A DNA stretch of 61,658 nt, counting the filler, from Hausera hauseri (Eukaryota), in assembly GCA_046269625.1 (NCBI GenBank). It is 11 parts of 11 records of this genome, joined end to end, with 100 filler letters (N's around TTAATTAATTAA, not from the genome) between each part and the next. Parts side by side here need not be neighbours in the genome. Positions count along the whole stretch, not along the records: positions 1 to 7,723 come from JBJURY010906645.1; positions 7,824 to 13,278 come from JBJURY010251292.1; positions 13,379 to 19,246 come from JBJURY010177416.1; 8 more parts are not named here. One strand, written 5' to 3'. Within the stretch, counting starts at the first letter, position 1; every line of letters starts with the position of its first letter. This document shows positions 1-13,719 of this stretch, in pieces. Below the pieces are notes generated by a model. It was not told where the DNA came from and ran no database searches. It saw only the letters and a list, made by a program, of their open reading frames with translations. The position numbers and the translations under genes were made by a program.

Positions 1-1072
1 TTACACATATACAAGTTACACTTACTACAACAAAACAAAAACTGATACACAATTTACAAGAAAGTTCATAGGATTTGTTATCACAATTTATTTTTAATGA
101 TCCTGGACCTTGATTATCACAATAATTTATATTTTTTCACTGGCAGCTTTGTAGTATAATTCCATCTATTTCGTCGCGTCATCCACTTCACTGATATTCA
201 CCACCGTTCGCCGTCTTAGTAACTATAAAATTATCACAAGAAGATGTCATGTTGGTTATAAAAAACGACACAATAATCAAACTTTTTAAGTACCAATTTG
301 GAAAATAACTAGCACCAAATTGAAAAACCATTTATTTCAGAAGAATCCACAATTACATATTTACATAAACATGTCACAATTGATTTTAAATATCCAAACC
401 ACAGTAAGAAAACCCGATATATCAATATTTTCAAATTAGTAATCAAAATACATGGATAAACATAAGAATGGTATATAAACCATTTGCCTAACACAAAAAA
501 TGCAAGATTTAGAATTTACTCTCGAATTTTAACTTAGACCTTATTTGTGGTTAATCTTATAAGTGAGTTGGTTGAATATTTGCTAATCTATTAATGATTA
601 TAGCATTAGCTCGATGAAGCCTAGCTGACATCTGGAAACAATTTTCGTTTGCGAAGAATACAAAGGTGTCCAAAACAGTACAGTGTAATAATCTAATCAA
701 TAGAAAATCACGAAAGAGCATTACGGAAAACTCAGATATTGGTTATTATCATTGAGTACAATAATCATCCACTGATCTCATAAATACGAAATGAGTCGAC
801 AGGAAGAAATTGGGACTGGACCACAAGGAGAAGAACATTATGGTAATTAGTAGTTGAATTATAGAATTTGGTTAAATAACTGAAATGCTATAATAAATTT
901 AAAGTAGCCGTGTTGTTAATAGTATATCCCAATAACATATTTGACGTAGAAGACTAGTAAAATTTTCCGGTAGAAATCTGCTAAATCGTCGGTGCTACAT
1001 ATCTTGCCAACGAACTGCTTCTGACCACTGACGACTTCTAAACGTATCCTAAATTGAGAATACTGATTAATT

Positions 1073-4000
1073 TTATTGGCAGACTGCGCTGTCCGTTTCA
1101 TCTGTAGAAGTGTCGTCCAAGGCAGTTAGTTCAAATAATGATCGTACAGGAGCTCCAAATAAGGCTTCAGTAGGTGAGCATCCTGTAGAAGTAGACGGAG
1201 TGTTCCACCAGCCAAGTAGAACAAACGGAAGATGCCTCCAACTAGTATTGGACTCTGCAAGGATTCTTAGTGACTTTTTCAATGTTCGGTGGTAGCGTTC
1301 TAAAAGGCCATTCGATTGTGGGTGGTAAGGCGTAGTATGTATGTGATGGATCACCAATCGGATAACAAGGGACTTGAACAGGTTGGATTCAAACTGTGGA
1401 CCCTGGTCCGTGATGATGAAGCGAGGTGATCCGAACCCGCTAACCCATGTACGAATGAAAACGTCAGCTATGGTGTCGGTATTTGTGCTCCGCAGAGGGA
1501 TGGCTTCTGGCCATCGCGAGGAACGGTCCATCATGGTGAGAATGAATTGATGACCGTTGTCTGGAGGAAGAGGGCCGACGATGTCAATATGCACAGATTG
1601 AAAACGCGATGTGCAGGGAAAGTGGAATTGTGGTGGCTTTAAATGCTTAGTTGTTTTGTATTTTTGGCAAGCCACACACTCCTCAACCCATGCCTGTACA
1701 TCGGAACGCATTGACGGCCAAACTACTTGTCGGTGAAGTAAACGAAAAGTAGCTTTAGCACCAGGGTGGTGTAGCGAATGTACACTCTTAAATGCTTGTC
1801 TTTGCAAAGATGGTGCAAGAGTTCTTACGGAATGACGTGGTTTGGAAGTGTCTAAATCCACACCGTCAACAGTTGTGCAAGACTTTAAAGAATTAAGCAT
1901 TTCATGAGGTGGCTGGTTGTGTTGAAGTTGTGCTTGAGTAAAGATTGATGAAAAATTAATCGAACTAACCGAGCTAGATAAAAAATCGGTAACCGAATTA
2001 TTAACCTTATTGATGTTTTATGTCGAAGTTAAATGTCGACAAATATGATATCTGTCGTTCTTGGTGTGTGGAAGGATGTTTCATAGTCATGATGTTAAGT
2101 AAGGGTTTGTGATCGGTCTGTATGGTAAAATGGCGAGCGACAAGTAGGTGGGAAAAATGCTTTAAAGCGAGAACGATGACCAATAATTCCCGATCGAACG
2201 ATGAGTATCTAGTTTCAGGGGATGTTAGCTTGCGAGAGAAAAATTCTAGCGGTTGATTTTCTCCTTTGTAGATCTGGTGGAGTACGGCACCTACTGCAGT
2301 GGTTGAAGCGTCTGTGGTAAGCATAAGTTCCGCATCGGGCTTAAGGAAAGCGAGAATGTCGACGGTCTTAATTCCTTCGCGTAGCTTATTAAATTTATCA
2401 ACCAATTCAGGTGTCCGCTGAATTGGCTGATTTTTTTTGCCGCCGCTTAAGTGTGCAAATGGTGTTGTTAGTTCAGAACAATATGGTACATATTTATGTT
2501 CGAAGTGTAGTGTACCAAGGAAGCTGTGCATTTCAGTGGTCGTACGTGGAAACTGGATATTTCTAATAGCTTGAATCCGGTCTGATTGGGGAGAGTGGCA
2601 GTGTGGTGAAATAACGTTGCCCCAAAAGTTGATGCGCTTTTTGAAAAAATGGCATTTGTTGACATTGACTTTGAGATTATGATGGTTAAGATGGTGGAAT
2701 ATTGCGCTGAGGTGTTACTCATGTTGCTTGGCTGAAGACGAAACTACAATAATATCATTGATGTACGGTTGCGCAAGCACGAAATCTGAGAGAATTGAGT
2801 CAATGTGTCGCTGAGAAGTTTGTGCGGCATTTTGCAAACCGAGTGGCTTATACAGGTACTCGTAGAGACCAAAAATGGTAGTGACGGCAGTCTTTTTTAT
2901 GTCTTCGGGTGTAACCGGTATTTGGTGATATGCTTTGGCCAAGTCGATGATCGAGTAAATGGCAGTTGAATTACGGCGATGCATGATATCCTTGATGAGT
3001 GGTAAGGGGTACGCATCCATAATGGTCAAGTTGTTCAACTGTCGGTAATCGCCACGTGGTCTAGATGTTTCGTCCTTTTTTGTACGACATGTAAAGGTGA
3101 CGACCAAAGAGATTTGGAAGGGCGTACAATGCAGGAGCGTTCTAGTTCAAGAAATTCGGCTTCTACAGCCTGCCTACGACGGGGTGACAGTGGTCGTACC
3201 TTTTGGCGTATTGGTCGTTGGTGCTGTGTAACTATGTGATGTAAAGTACTGTTTGCAGAAATAAATGTACGATCTTTTTTAAGTACGCGTGGACATGATG
3301 TGTTGACGAATTGCTGTAAAGTTGCAGGCAGCTGAGAGATTCGGTGATGATGGTGTAGCAGCTTGCGTGGTAGCAGATGCAATTTTGAATTTTTTGCTGA
3401 TATAAGGTCAGTTGGTATTTGGTGTAAGATGATCGAATTGAAAATGGTGTTGGATGAAATGATTTCGTCGAGTGAATTAACGTTTGTGACAGTATCACAA
3501 TTAACGACATCAAACCTCGACTGAATATCAATGTTATAATTTAAAAATTTACGGAATGAAATGTAAGTATTACCGAAATTCTACTTAATTTGTGATTTCC
3601 TCAAAATTGATCTCCGCGTCCCGATTGACTGCGCGTTAGTCGAAATGCTATTTATTCGCATGCTAACGCTGCCAGTGATGCCGCTCCTCAGACATGTTTG
3701 ACTGCAGTCAAGCAATAAATTATAATGTGATAAACAGTCAGAACCTAGAATTGTCGTATGGACATTAGCAACTGTGAACGTCCAGTGGAAAGGTGAAGGA
3801 AATTTTGATAAGGTAAGAGATAGATTAGACATGCCGGAAATGTGCAGCGGTTGACCTGAAGCGGTGTATAAAGACTTGATTCTGAATTGTGAATTTTGGA
3901 CAGGAAAAGTTTGTGGCAATAAAGAAATCGCTGCACCTGTATCAATGAGAAAATCAACGGATTGCGTTGTAGGAGCGGTGATTGCAGCCTTTAGAGTAAA

Positions 4001-5244
4001 GACAGCAAAAGGGATGTGTTGGCATGCAGAAAGTGAAGTAGTGCCTTTGCCAGAGTTTGCCGTGTCTTCTGGCGGCAAATTTAGTTTTTTTTTGAAAAGG
4101 GAAACTAGGACGACTATTAGAAGAAAAGGTAGCACGTCCGTCGTTCGCATCTGTTTTAAAAATGCAGCTTGGAATGCATTTACGAGCTTGGTATTTAACC
4201 CTTTCATAGTAGATACAAACAACGGTGTTTGGAAAAAACTGTTATTATAAAATTTGCACCATATGCAGCATTTGTTGGCATTCTTATTGAATTTGCTGCG
4301 GTAGTAGCAGGTACACGACCGCGTAGTCGATGGTGACCGGTTTTTAGATGCAGAATGGGCGCGGTCAGCAAAAAAATCTTTTTGCCGGGACAGGGAAAGT
4401 TCGTTTAATTTGTTGTTTTTATTGTTAATTGTTGCTTGTAGTGCTGTATTTTCGGCACGTAAATGATTTAGTTGTTGCTCTATTTGTGTTATTGTTTTGG
4501 GTACCGGTAGTGGCAACTGCCGCCAAAACGATTGGTGGGGTGTTTAAGTGTAGAACGTCGTGTGTTTTATCGGCTAATTCGGCCAATTTTTCAAGGGCCG
4601 TGTAGTCCTCCACCACGGTAAGTATGGCCCGAATTTGAATGGGCAATGCGTTGAGAAAGTAGTGGCGCAGTAGTTCTGGGTTGTGTTCTTTAGTGACGCC
4701 GAGGGTTTGTAGATGTGCTAAAGAGGTGCGTAAAAAGTTTGATGGTCGTTGTGTGTCTATAGCATTGCCGTAGAAGAAGCGTTGTATGATCGTGTCCATT
4801 GAGGGTTCAGTGATTTTAAGAACAGCGTTGAACAGCTGTGAATATGGATCAGGAAGTTCAAAGATTTTGATAATGTTGTGAATTTGTGTTTTGATATTGT
4901 TAGGGAGTAAGAGGAGGTTGTGTGCCTTAGTTAAGGAATAGGTGACGTAATTAGCTTGTAGCCACAATTGGTGGAGCTGCAACCAAGTTTTGCTAGAGCC
5001 TTGGTTGTCAATGAAGAATTCAGTGCAGTGAGGGAAAGCTGCGGAAGAGGTAGTAGGTGAAAGGTTATTAGCGGAAGTAGGGGGTTTGAAGCAGTATTAC
5101 AGATATTGGTTTTGTGGTGGTTTTATCCGTGGTGTCTATCTTTGGCGATGAATTAATGCTACCACGGATGCTGAAGTGGATATGGAGGTGGATATAAATT
5201 GAGGAAGATTGTATGGTTCAAGCGATAGGTACGGTAGATCCATT
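1073..5244 (-). mobile_element. Decayed Gypsy/Ty3 LTR retrotransposon, CsRn1/Kabuki-like (family A), gag-PR-RT-RH-IN
   Basis: Minus-strand ORF pieces in Gypsy order: gag (4425-5244), protease FLIDTGA (3581-4516), RT DAYPLP/IDLAKAYHQIP/YINDII (2715-3382), RNase H TDAST...TDHKPL (2007-2531), integrase HIDIVGPL...TDQGPQFES...NGLLER (1073-1900). CHCC-type gag motif. Many frameshifts and stops. Confidence 0.93.
4045..4093 (-). promoter_or_regulatory. Candidate gag-pol -1 frameshift signal (slippery AAAAAAC + stop + pseudoknot)
   Basis: Minus strand reads AAAAAAAAAC-TAA, then TTTGCCG-CCAGAAGACA-CGGCAAA-C-TCTGG. The family-A copy at 54193-54230 has an equivalent arrangement. Confidence 0.6.
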
Positions 5245-5260
5245 GTATGTGATATAAAAG

Positions 5261-6412
5261 TCAGATGAGTGAAGAGAAGTGGAGATGACGTGGTAGAAAT
5301 CTGTATTGTTTGCGTGTGTTGATGCAAAAAAAGAAGACAGAAAATGATGTGGACGTATAGCAAGGGGCGTGTCGTGGGGCGTCAGTGAACGGTGCCATCC
5401 GACCCAATGGTATAGAGTGGGTGGCTAGGACTTCAGCCCCGCGGCGGCGGATCCCAAACTTCGGAGTGATTGAGTTCCCCGAAGGAATGGTAAGTTCGGG
5501 ACGCGTATTATCAGACATGTGTATTTGATGACTATTGGAATCGGACGGTTTCACAGTCAGAGTATAAATATGGTCTTTGCTGGTTTGTAAAACCCAAGTG
5601 TTCTCTCCCGCTGAAATGTGAAATGACAGGAATCTCGATTTGACGACGAATAAAACTGACGACGCATGTCGAATAGGTGGCACTTCGGTTGGGCAATATT
5701 TATTTGCTGTAACAGTTAAGTGCTGAGTGTCAAGGACTGTGGTGTCACTGTTGTTGACTTGGAGAACATATTGATTGCTCGGAAGTTTTATTTCTATAGA
5801 TAATCCTTGATTATGGACGTACATTTTATAAGATATTTGAGTGATAGAAAATAAGTATGCGCATTGTGACGGTAAAGCAGCATTAGCCATGAGTAGAAGC
5901 CTAACGTCTTCTTTATGTATAACACTTTTGGCTTTTCCGTCGCGAAGTATTAAAGAAACTCTAGCGGACCCTGATTTCAAACCACTGACTAATTGCTTAT
6001 AACCTTGAAGGTCTTGCTGCTGCAAGTTTCTAATCAACATTAGTGTTGAATATTGTGATTCAGTCCACGTTATAAGTCTTAGAACGCCGTTTGCATCACT
6101 ATTTAAACCCTATGCATATGTGAACCATTCGAATGGCAAAAGTTGCAACGTAGAGAACGTGGTACCGAATTCATTGGAATCCTTGGCGATAAGAGCTTCT
6201 CGAGTTTTATGTAAATATAACTCCTGTGTTCGGGTTTCGATCGGCAGGTGGGCGAGGGCGTCGACTATGACGTTACGATTTACAATTTGACCGGTAGTGG
6301 TGCTTGTGGCATAACTTGTAGCTGTTACGCGATGAAATAATTGCCATACAGGGGTAGTAGCGCTGTTATAATTACATTTTACATGCGAAAACAACGTTGA
6401 TAATGTTGCCAT
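5261..6412 (-). pseudogene. Orphan ORF of ~380 codons interrupted by one TAG (6110-6112), upstream of gag
   Basis: ORFs 6110..6412 and 5261..6040 are in the same frame, and the 23 codons between them are open. No motif recognised. Confidence 0.5.
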
Positions 6413-6960
6413 TTCGGTGGTGCTCGAAGACCCTTTATGACAATAAAAGATGTGCCTCGTATCGTATATTTCATAAGTATAAAAACACTTCTAAGTAAAA
6501 GATGTTTGGAATAACTTAATCTAAATTCGATTGCTTTTATCGTATGTATATAGTCGAGAAAACGTGAGTATAAAATTTTATTAGGGTTCGTGATAAAATG
6601 TATGAAATAAATGAAATGGTATTCGTTTGTTAGGTTATAGAAAAATAGCAGTATTACCGTGCTCCGTACCATATATCCCATTGCTGCACGCTGTTGGTAG
6701 ATATCTGTGATAGTTGGATGTACATTCTGACACCATTTGTTAGATAATGGATTGGTCGTACAAGCGAAATCTCAATATTGTTCAGATCGCTTCTCGACAC
6801 AACAAAAATCTCCAAAACTTCTAAATCGACACATGTAAATATGTCCAATATGCATAATTGCTCTCAATGAAAAAAGAAATTCAATATCCGCAAATAAATT
6901 CCGTAATTATAGAGGAAAATTTAAAATTGGAAAATTTAAATTTTTAAGGCAGGGAATCTA

Positions 6961-7190
6961 GTCCGACTATTGATCCGACACGATGATAGCGGACGCTCGG
7001 CCGTGCCCAAACAAATGGGCCAAAGGGCACAGGCCGCGGTGGGCACCACAATTATATTTCTAACGGAAGACTGAAATATTCGAGGCAGACGATTGGGTCC
7101 GACTATGCATCCGATGCTACGGAAACGGACGCTCGGCAATGCCCGACCAAATAAGCCAAAGAGCACCGGCCGCGGTGGGCACCATAATTA
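6961..7190. repeat. Two ~137-bp-spaced GC-rich direct repeats, each able to form a hairpin
   Basis: GTCCGACTAT...CGGACGCTCGGC...GGCCGCGGTGGGCACCA occurs at ~6961-7056 and ~7097-7190. A related sequence lies at ~50700-50767. Confidence 0.8.
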
Positions 7191-7208
7191 TCATCACAAA
7201 CATGAAAC

Positions 7209-7666
7209 TTAGGTAGTTTTGTCCATACCACTAAAGCCAAATTCTTTGTGTTTGTTTCATGTTGTTTCATTGACACGAAACAATCTCCATTGTTCCGGTG
7301 ACATTATATTGAATTTCGCCTCTTCACATTGAAGAAATACGATTTGTGCTATTGCATTGCCTTTCGCAATATCATACAACAATCCGGATTGGTATTCCAG
7401 CAACACCTTAATTTCACCACAAAAGTCCGAATCAATGACACCGCCCACGACCGTCAGTCCCAGCTTTGCCAGTCTGCTTTTCGTTAAAGTTGGCCGTAGT
7501 AACCGGGTGGAATCGCCAATCGAATCCCAGTCATTATGCATTTGATTGTGCTGTCCGAAATTATCGTATTGACATTGGAAACCACATCTTAGCCTGCACT
7601 GTTTGCTGTAACACGTTTCGGTACAAAGACATTTTTGTCTGTTAAGATAATGTTTACATCATTCAT
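7209..7666 (-). pseudogene. dut: dUTPase pseudogene (trimeric type)
   Basis: PKRVTANSAG*D (motif 1, Tyr codon now a stop), TGIRLAIPPGYYGQL, frameshift, KSRLAKLGLTVVGGVIDSDFCGEIKVLL (motifs 2-3), IAQIVF (motif 4), EFGFSG (motif 5). Intronless. Confidence 0.88.
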
Positions 7667-7723
7667 TATTATTATTCTTATACCAATATTAAAATTACAC
7701 GTATATTTATACTCGTTAATTAA

Positions 7724-7823
7724 NNNNNNNNNNNNNNNNNNNNNNNNNNNNNNNNNNNNNNNNNNNNTTAATTAATTAANNNNNNNNNNNNNNNNNNNNN
7801 NNNNNNNNNNNNNNNNNNNNNNN
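7724..7823. other. Artificial contig spacer (44N-TTAATTAATTAA-44N); also at 13279, 19247, 27704, 32336, 36679, 43193, 47316, 52777, 57081
   Basis: Identical 100-bp structure ten times; the 12-mer gives stops in all six frames. Confidence 0.98.
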
Positions 7824-8306
7824 GACGTAGTGCCGTCATATAGTTCCAAGAAAAATAAAAATTTAAATATATAATTTTTCACGATACAACTTGATATATA
7901 TATCCTTGTGGTACTACCTGAAGAAGGGTTGTCTAATCGATTCTTGACGACTCACCAAAATCTCTGACCCTAAATAATTCAATAGAAAATAAAGTTAACA
8001 TCTTTAATTCGTGTTTTGAATTCGCATCGCCCGCCTAATATCAATTATACAAAGACAAGTCAGTGCTTAATATTAAGATCGTAGATTGTTGTAAATCCCG
8101 ATGGATCATAAATTTAACAATATATTAAAGAAAATCTATGAAACACGAAAATTGTAAATTATTTTCGACTATCTCAAAAATTATTACGAAAACAGTTCAC
8201 AATAAACAATCCCATGAAACTATATAGATATTTAATTAAAACGAAGACGATTAACTATTTATTACGATAACATTTCAAATTAAAACACCAAAGTTCGACT
8301 TTCATT

Positions 8307-9632
<1,326 letters not shown>

Positions 9633-10441
9633 AGTAACTGGATGTACAATAGTCATTGATAACGTAAGCACACAACAAAAGAAACTGAATGAGTCAGATG
9701 ACTAATATTAAACATTAAGCATTGATTGGCTGTTATTTCGCAATAACTTAACTGCCTTTTGAGGAATACAAGTACATGTTTCTTATATGCACGCTCTATT
9801 CTAGGGAACTGCTTACATAATCAATTTAACAAAGCTCTCATTATGACTAACAGGTTAGAAGTTTCTAAGAGTGCATGCACACAACCTTTTAGTAGCGTAT
9901 CTGTCTGACTAATTAATACTGTTATGTACGTGTATTATCAAGATGAATTAATAAAACTTGCATAGCTGAAATTTGTTGCTTTCTTATAAATCAATTAATA
10001 TTAGTAAAATTTGCAAAAAAAATTATTGCAGTGCATGTGAAAAATTGTTTAGATGATAATATTTGGCCGAAATGAAACGTGTCTGACATTTGGAGTTTAA
10101 TACAAAATGATAAAATTAGTCGGTTATCAAATTATTAACTGCATAAGTAAATTCTTATGCAACCAATTTGATTAAGGCTTTTTTGTAATGGAAAGTGCTT
10201 ATGTAATAATTATGTTCATATAACAACTAAATTAAACACGTGATTAATTTATAATTGTGGTGCTCCATTGTTTGATCTCACGAATTTCGTAAACAAACCT
10301 TGATCTGACGGGAGAAATCTCATAATTTTGTAGACAAAAGCGGCGCTGGTTTGTTACATCTCCCCTTAAAGTCAGAAAATTTCTTAAAAACTTTAATTAT
10401 TGTTTATTTCATGCAAAATGTAATATTATTGATTAACGGTG

Positions 10442-10690
10442 TTATCTTGGTGGATTGAGTGTTCCTATGTCTCTCAAAATGACTTCAAACAAACCCTTAC
10501 CCTCATGACGTTTTTGCCACATGAACTGAGAAAGGTGGGAGTCAATTATTGATCTATGTGTACCATTTCTTGACTTGTTCTTAGCTTTTGCACGGAACCA
10601 TATAATCTCTACTAAATGAGTGTTCGCCCCGTTCATGAGGTTAACAAAATTCATGGAATTGTTGATTTATTTATGGGGTCGCAATCAACA
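10442..10690 (-). mobile_element. Merlin (ISXO2/IS1016-like) transposase C-terminal fragment
   Basis: NFVNLMNGANTHLVEIIWFRAKAKNKSRNGTHRSIIDSHLSQFMWQKR resembles the Merlin pattern NFVDP.TGAHT..IES.W...K......GT.......YL.EF.WR. Confidence 0.75.
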
Positions 10691-10915
10691 GTTTAAAGAA
10701 TTGATCTGGAATTTTACCAAGATATTTGATTATGGCTAGGGCTAGATTTAAACTACAATGTGTCAGAATATTGGTTTATTTTTCATATGTAAATATCAAT
10801 TTCTTTCTCATAATTTTTAAAAATTTTATATTTTCTTGGGATAAATACTTCATTTTATTAACAAGTACAGAAAAAAGATTACTCTCAAAAGTATTTATAT
10901 CAGAACTGAAGTGTC

Positions 10916-11024
10916 TGTAATAACCCCATTGAAGCATAACTATATATTTTAATTAAACTTCTTCATATTACACACAATCATATACAATTCTGTGATTTGT
11001 ATTATACTATTTGTATATTTCACA
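10916..11024 (-). repeat. Possible short LTR (TGT...ACA)
   Basis: Minus strand begins TGTGAAAT after a purine-rich run, contains ATTAAA and ends TTACA. No second copy in window. Confidence 0.25.
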
Positions 11025-12639
11025 TTTTTCTTTGTATTTTGGCCTGCACGACATTGATGCGATATTGTGAAATTGAAAGACCTCAACCTACACAAATTTC
11101 CATTTCCCATGAAACGGCCGTCTGATTTATCTGAATTTAATTTCCTGCCAAAACGATTGCGACTTATTCAAACGGAAAATAAACCACCGATTGACTACTA
11201 AATAAAGTATAATCAGCCAATTATTAATCGAAATCGTTATTTGCACAAAATTCCTGAAAGCGATGGACAGAAGACGAACGAAATTGTTGTCAAGTAATGG
11301 ACAAACTAAGTGGACGATCTAGCGAAATTCATTCTGACAGAGACTGACAATTTGCAAGGAAATGTTGGAGAAATTAGAACAGGATTTACGACAGGAATGT
11401 GCGAAATCTTTCGTGAACAGCTGAATGAGCTTTACGAGAATTATATCAGTTTCAACAAGGATTGGATTTATTCTCCTGTGGATTCTGAATGTTCTTGTTA
11501 GTTTTGTTTTTCTTGATTTTTAATGTAAATTTGTTTTGGTTCTAGATCGTAACCGATGAATTGTTTGCTCAATGGAAACTTTTATTTGCCGGTAAATAAC
11601 TTATCGTTTTGTTTCTTTGCCTGCAATTTCGGCCTTTCTTGGGAATGTTTGGTTTTTCATGGATGGTTTTCCGATTTTGTATAATTGGCGTCCTTTTGTT
11701 AGTTTTTTTGAAGATTTCTGTTAAGTTTGTTTAGTTTCTAATAGTCCGAATTCGATAAATGATTTGTCAATATGAAAAATGCTTGGGAAGAGAAATGATG
11801 ACTAATCAGCAAATGTTATAAAATTATAGTTTAGATAACAAGTTCATGCACGTATGTTTCATATGTGACAAAATTTCGTTTCAGAAATAATTTACAATTA
11901 CACTTCTGTTTATTTCAAGTAATGTTACATTATGAGTGCCTCTGATTATGGGTAATATTATTGACATAATTTCGTTGAAAGATAACTACAATCTGAATCT
12001 ACGACAACTCTACCAAAAATTTCCATATCGAAAATTCGACAACAATTCCACAAAAGTTAACATCGATATCAATTTGAATAATTTCACGAAATATTCTGTG
12101 TTGGTTTGTGGATTTTTCCTCATCGGTGTTCTGGCGAATTTCGGTTGGTTTTATTTGATACAAACGATGGGTAAACGGATTATTTGTTGAATTTGCAATT
12201 GTCTATTTAATTCACTCGTTCGGAAACCAGTGAAGTTTTTCGATGGGAACAAGATGCAGCAACACACGGAGGTTATAATGAACAGGAATATGGAGTTGAA
12301 GGGATTACCAGAATTATGATGAATATGGATATCGACAGTCTGTGGATTCATTTGCAAATAGGCTGCGATATCTATTGAAACAAAATTTGTACCCACCGGC
12401 TTTACTCCGAGATTTCGATAAAATTGTAGATAGATCTCATTAGTTAGCATTTTGTCTTTTCGTAAACTGTGGTAATAAACGTTTGACTTCTTTTTTCTGT
12501 ACTTGTTGATAAAATGAATTGTTCATTCGACGGTCCTGTGATAAATTGAGTAAATACCGTTCTTGGTATGGAGATAATTACTGCTCAATTTCCTTTTTTG
12601 TAAATATGATGTATTTACTCAAATTTTTGGTCATTTTTA

Positions 12640-13278
12640 TTTCAGGATCTTTTTGATTTTCTTTTATCGTTTCTACAGACGTATCCATGCTCCATACTGC
12701 TGCTACCACTGCCTTTTCTATTTCCGGTTTATTTGGCATTCTTGATAGATAATCTGCGTTCGCATTTCGTGTTCCAGGTTTATATTGGAAATCCAGGGTG
12801 TATGGCTGAAGTTTAAGTGCCCATCGTAATAGTCTACTGTTGGGATTTTCATGTTGTTTTAACCCGCATATATCACTAAAGGTTTATTTTCACTGATGTA
12901 TGGTGAGAACACTTCGAGGACAAATATTACGGCTAGTAATTCCTTTTCAATTACCGCATATTTCTTTTTGTGCTTATTTAGCTTTCTTGACGCATAAGCT
13001 ACAAGGTGTTCTTTTCCATCTTCACCTTTTTGTGATAGTACTGCTCCAACTCCATAATCGCTTGCATCCGTTGCTAATATAAATGATTTGCTCATGTAGG
13101 AGTAAATTAAAATAGGAGCATTTAACAATTTTTCTTTTAAATTTGCAAAAGCCTTTTGACAGTCGTTCGTCCGTAGCACCTTTTCTAAATCTTCCTGTAG
13201 TACATACAATGGCTTAGCTATCTTGCTGAAATCCTTTATGAACCGTCGATAATAATTCGTTAATCCTAAGAATCGAAA
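12640..13278 (-). mobile_element. Gypsy RT-thumb/RNase H fragment (family C)
   Basis: FLGLTNYYRRFIKDFSKIAKPL...FILATDASDYGVGAVLSQ...YAVIEKELLAV...YKPGTRNANADYLSR. No integrase follows. Confidence 0.9.
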
Positions 13279-13719
13279 NNNNNNNNNNNNNNNNNNNNNN
13301 NNNNNNNNNNNNNNNNNNNNNNTTAATTAATTAANNNNNNNNNNNNNNNNNNNNNNNNNNNNNNNNNNNNNNNNNNNNATAAACACAGAGAAAACAAAAA
13401 TAATGAAATATAGGCTGGGCAAGAAATATTTGTCCATCTGGATAGAAAACCTGTTGAGGAGGTTAAGATGTTGACAATACATACATGGCAAACTGTATTA
13501 CTAAAGAAGGTGGAAATAAAAACCAGAGGCAAGACACGTCATTATCTCACTAAAGAAAGTTACAGAAAGATCAGTATTCACAACAAATTCAAATTTTTCA
13601 CTCCAATGTAAAATCAGTCTTGCTTTATGGTTCCAAACTCGGAAGACCAACTAGGAAAAACTACAAACATTTGTGAACAAAATTCTAAGACAAATACATT
13701 TAGACCGAATAGTCAGTCA

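Noticed and set aside
6961-7190. HDV-like or pistol ribozyme, tRNA or spliced-leader RNA assignment for the GC repeats
   Set aside because: A P1-like helix followed by GG exists, but no P2 partner, cloverleaf or known SL sequence could be fitted. Kept only as an unclassified hairpin.
7724-7823. TTAATTAATTAA as a biological motif, and gene neighbourhoods across spacers
   Set aside because: It is a synthetic linker, so adjacency between contigs carries no information. ORFs ending in X...LIN are artefacts.
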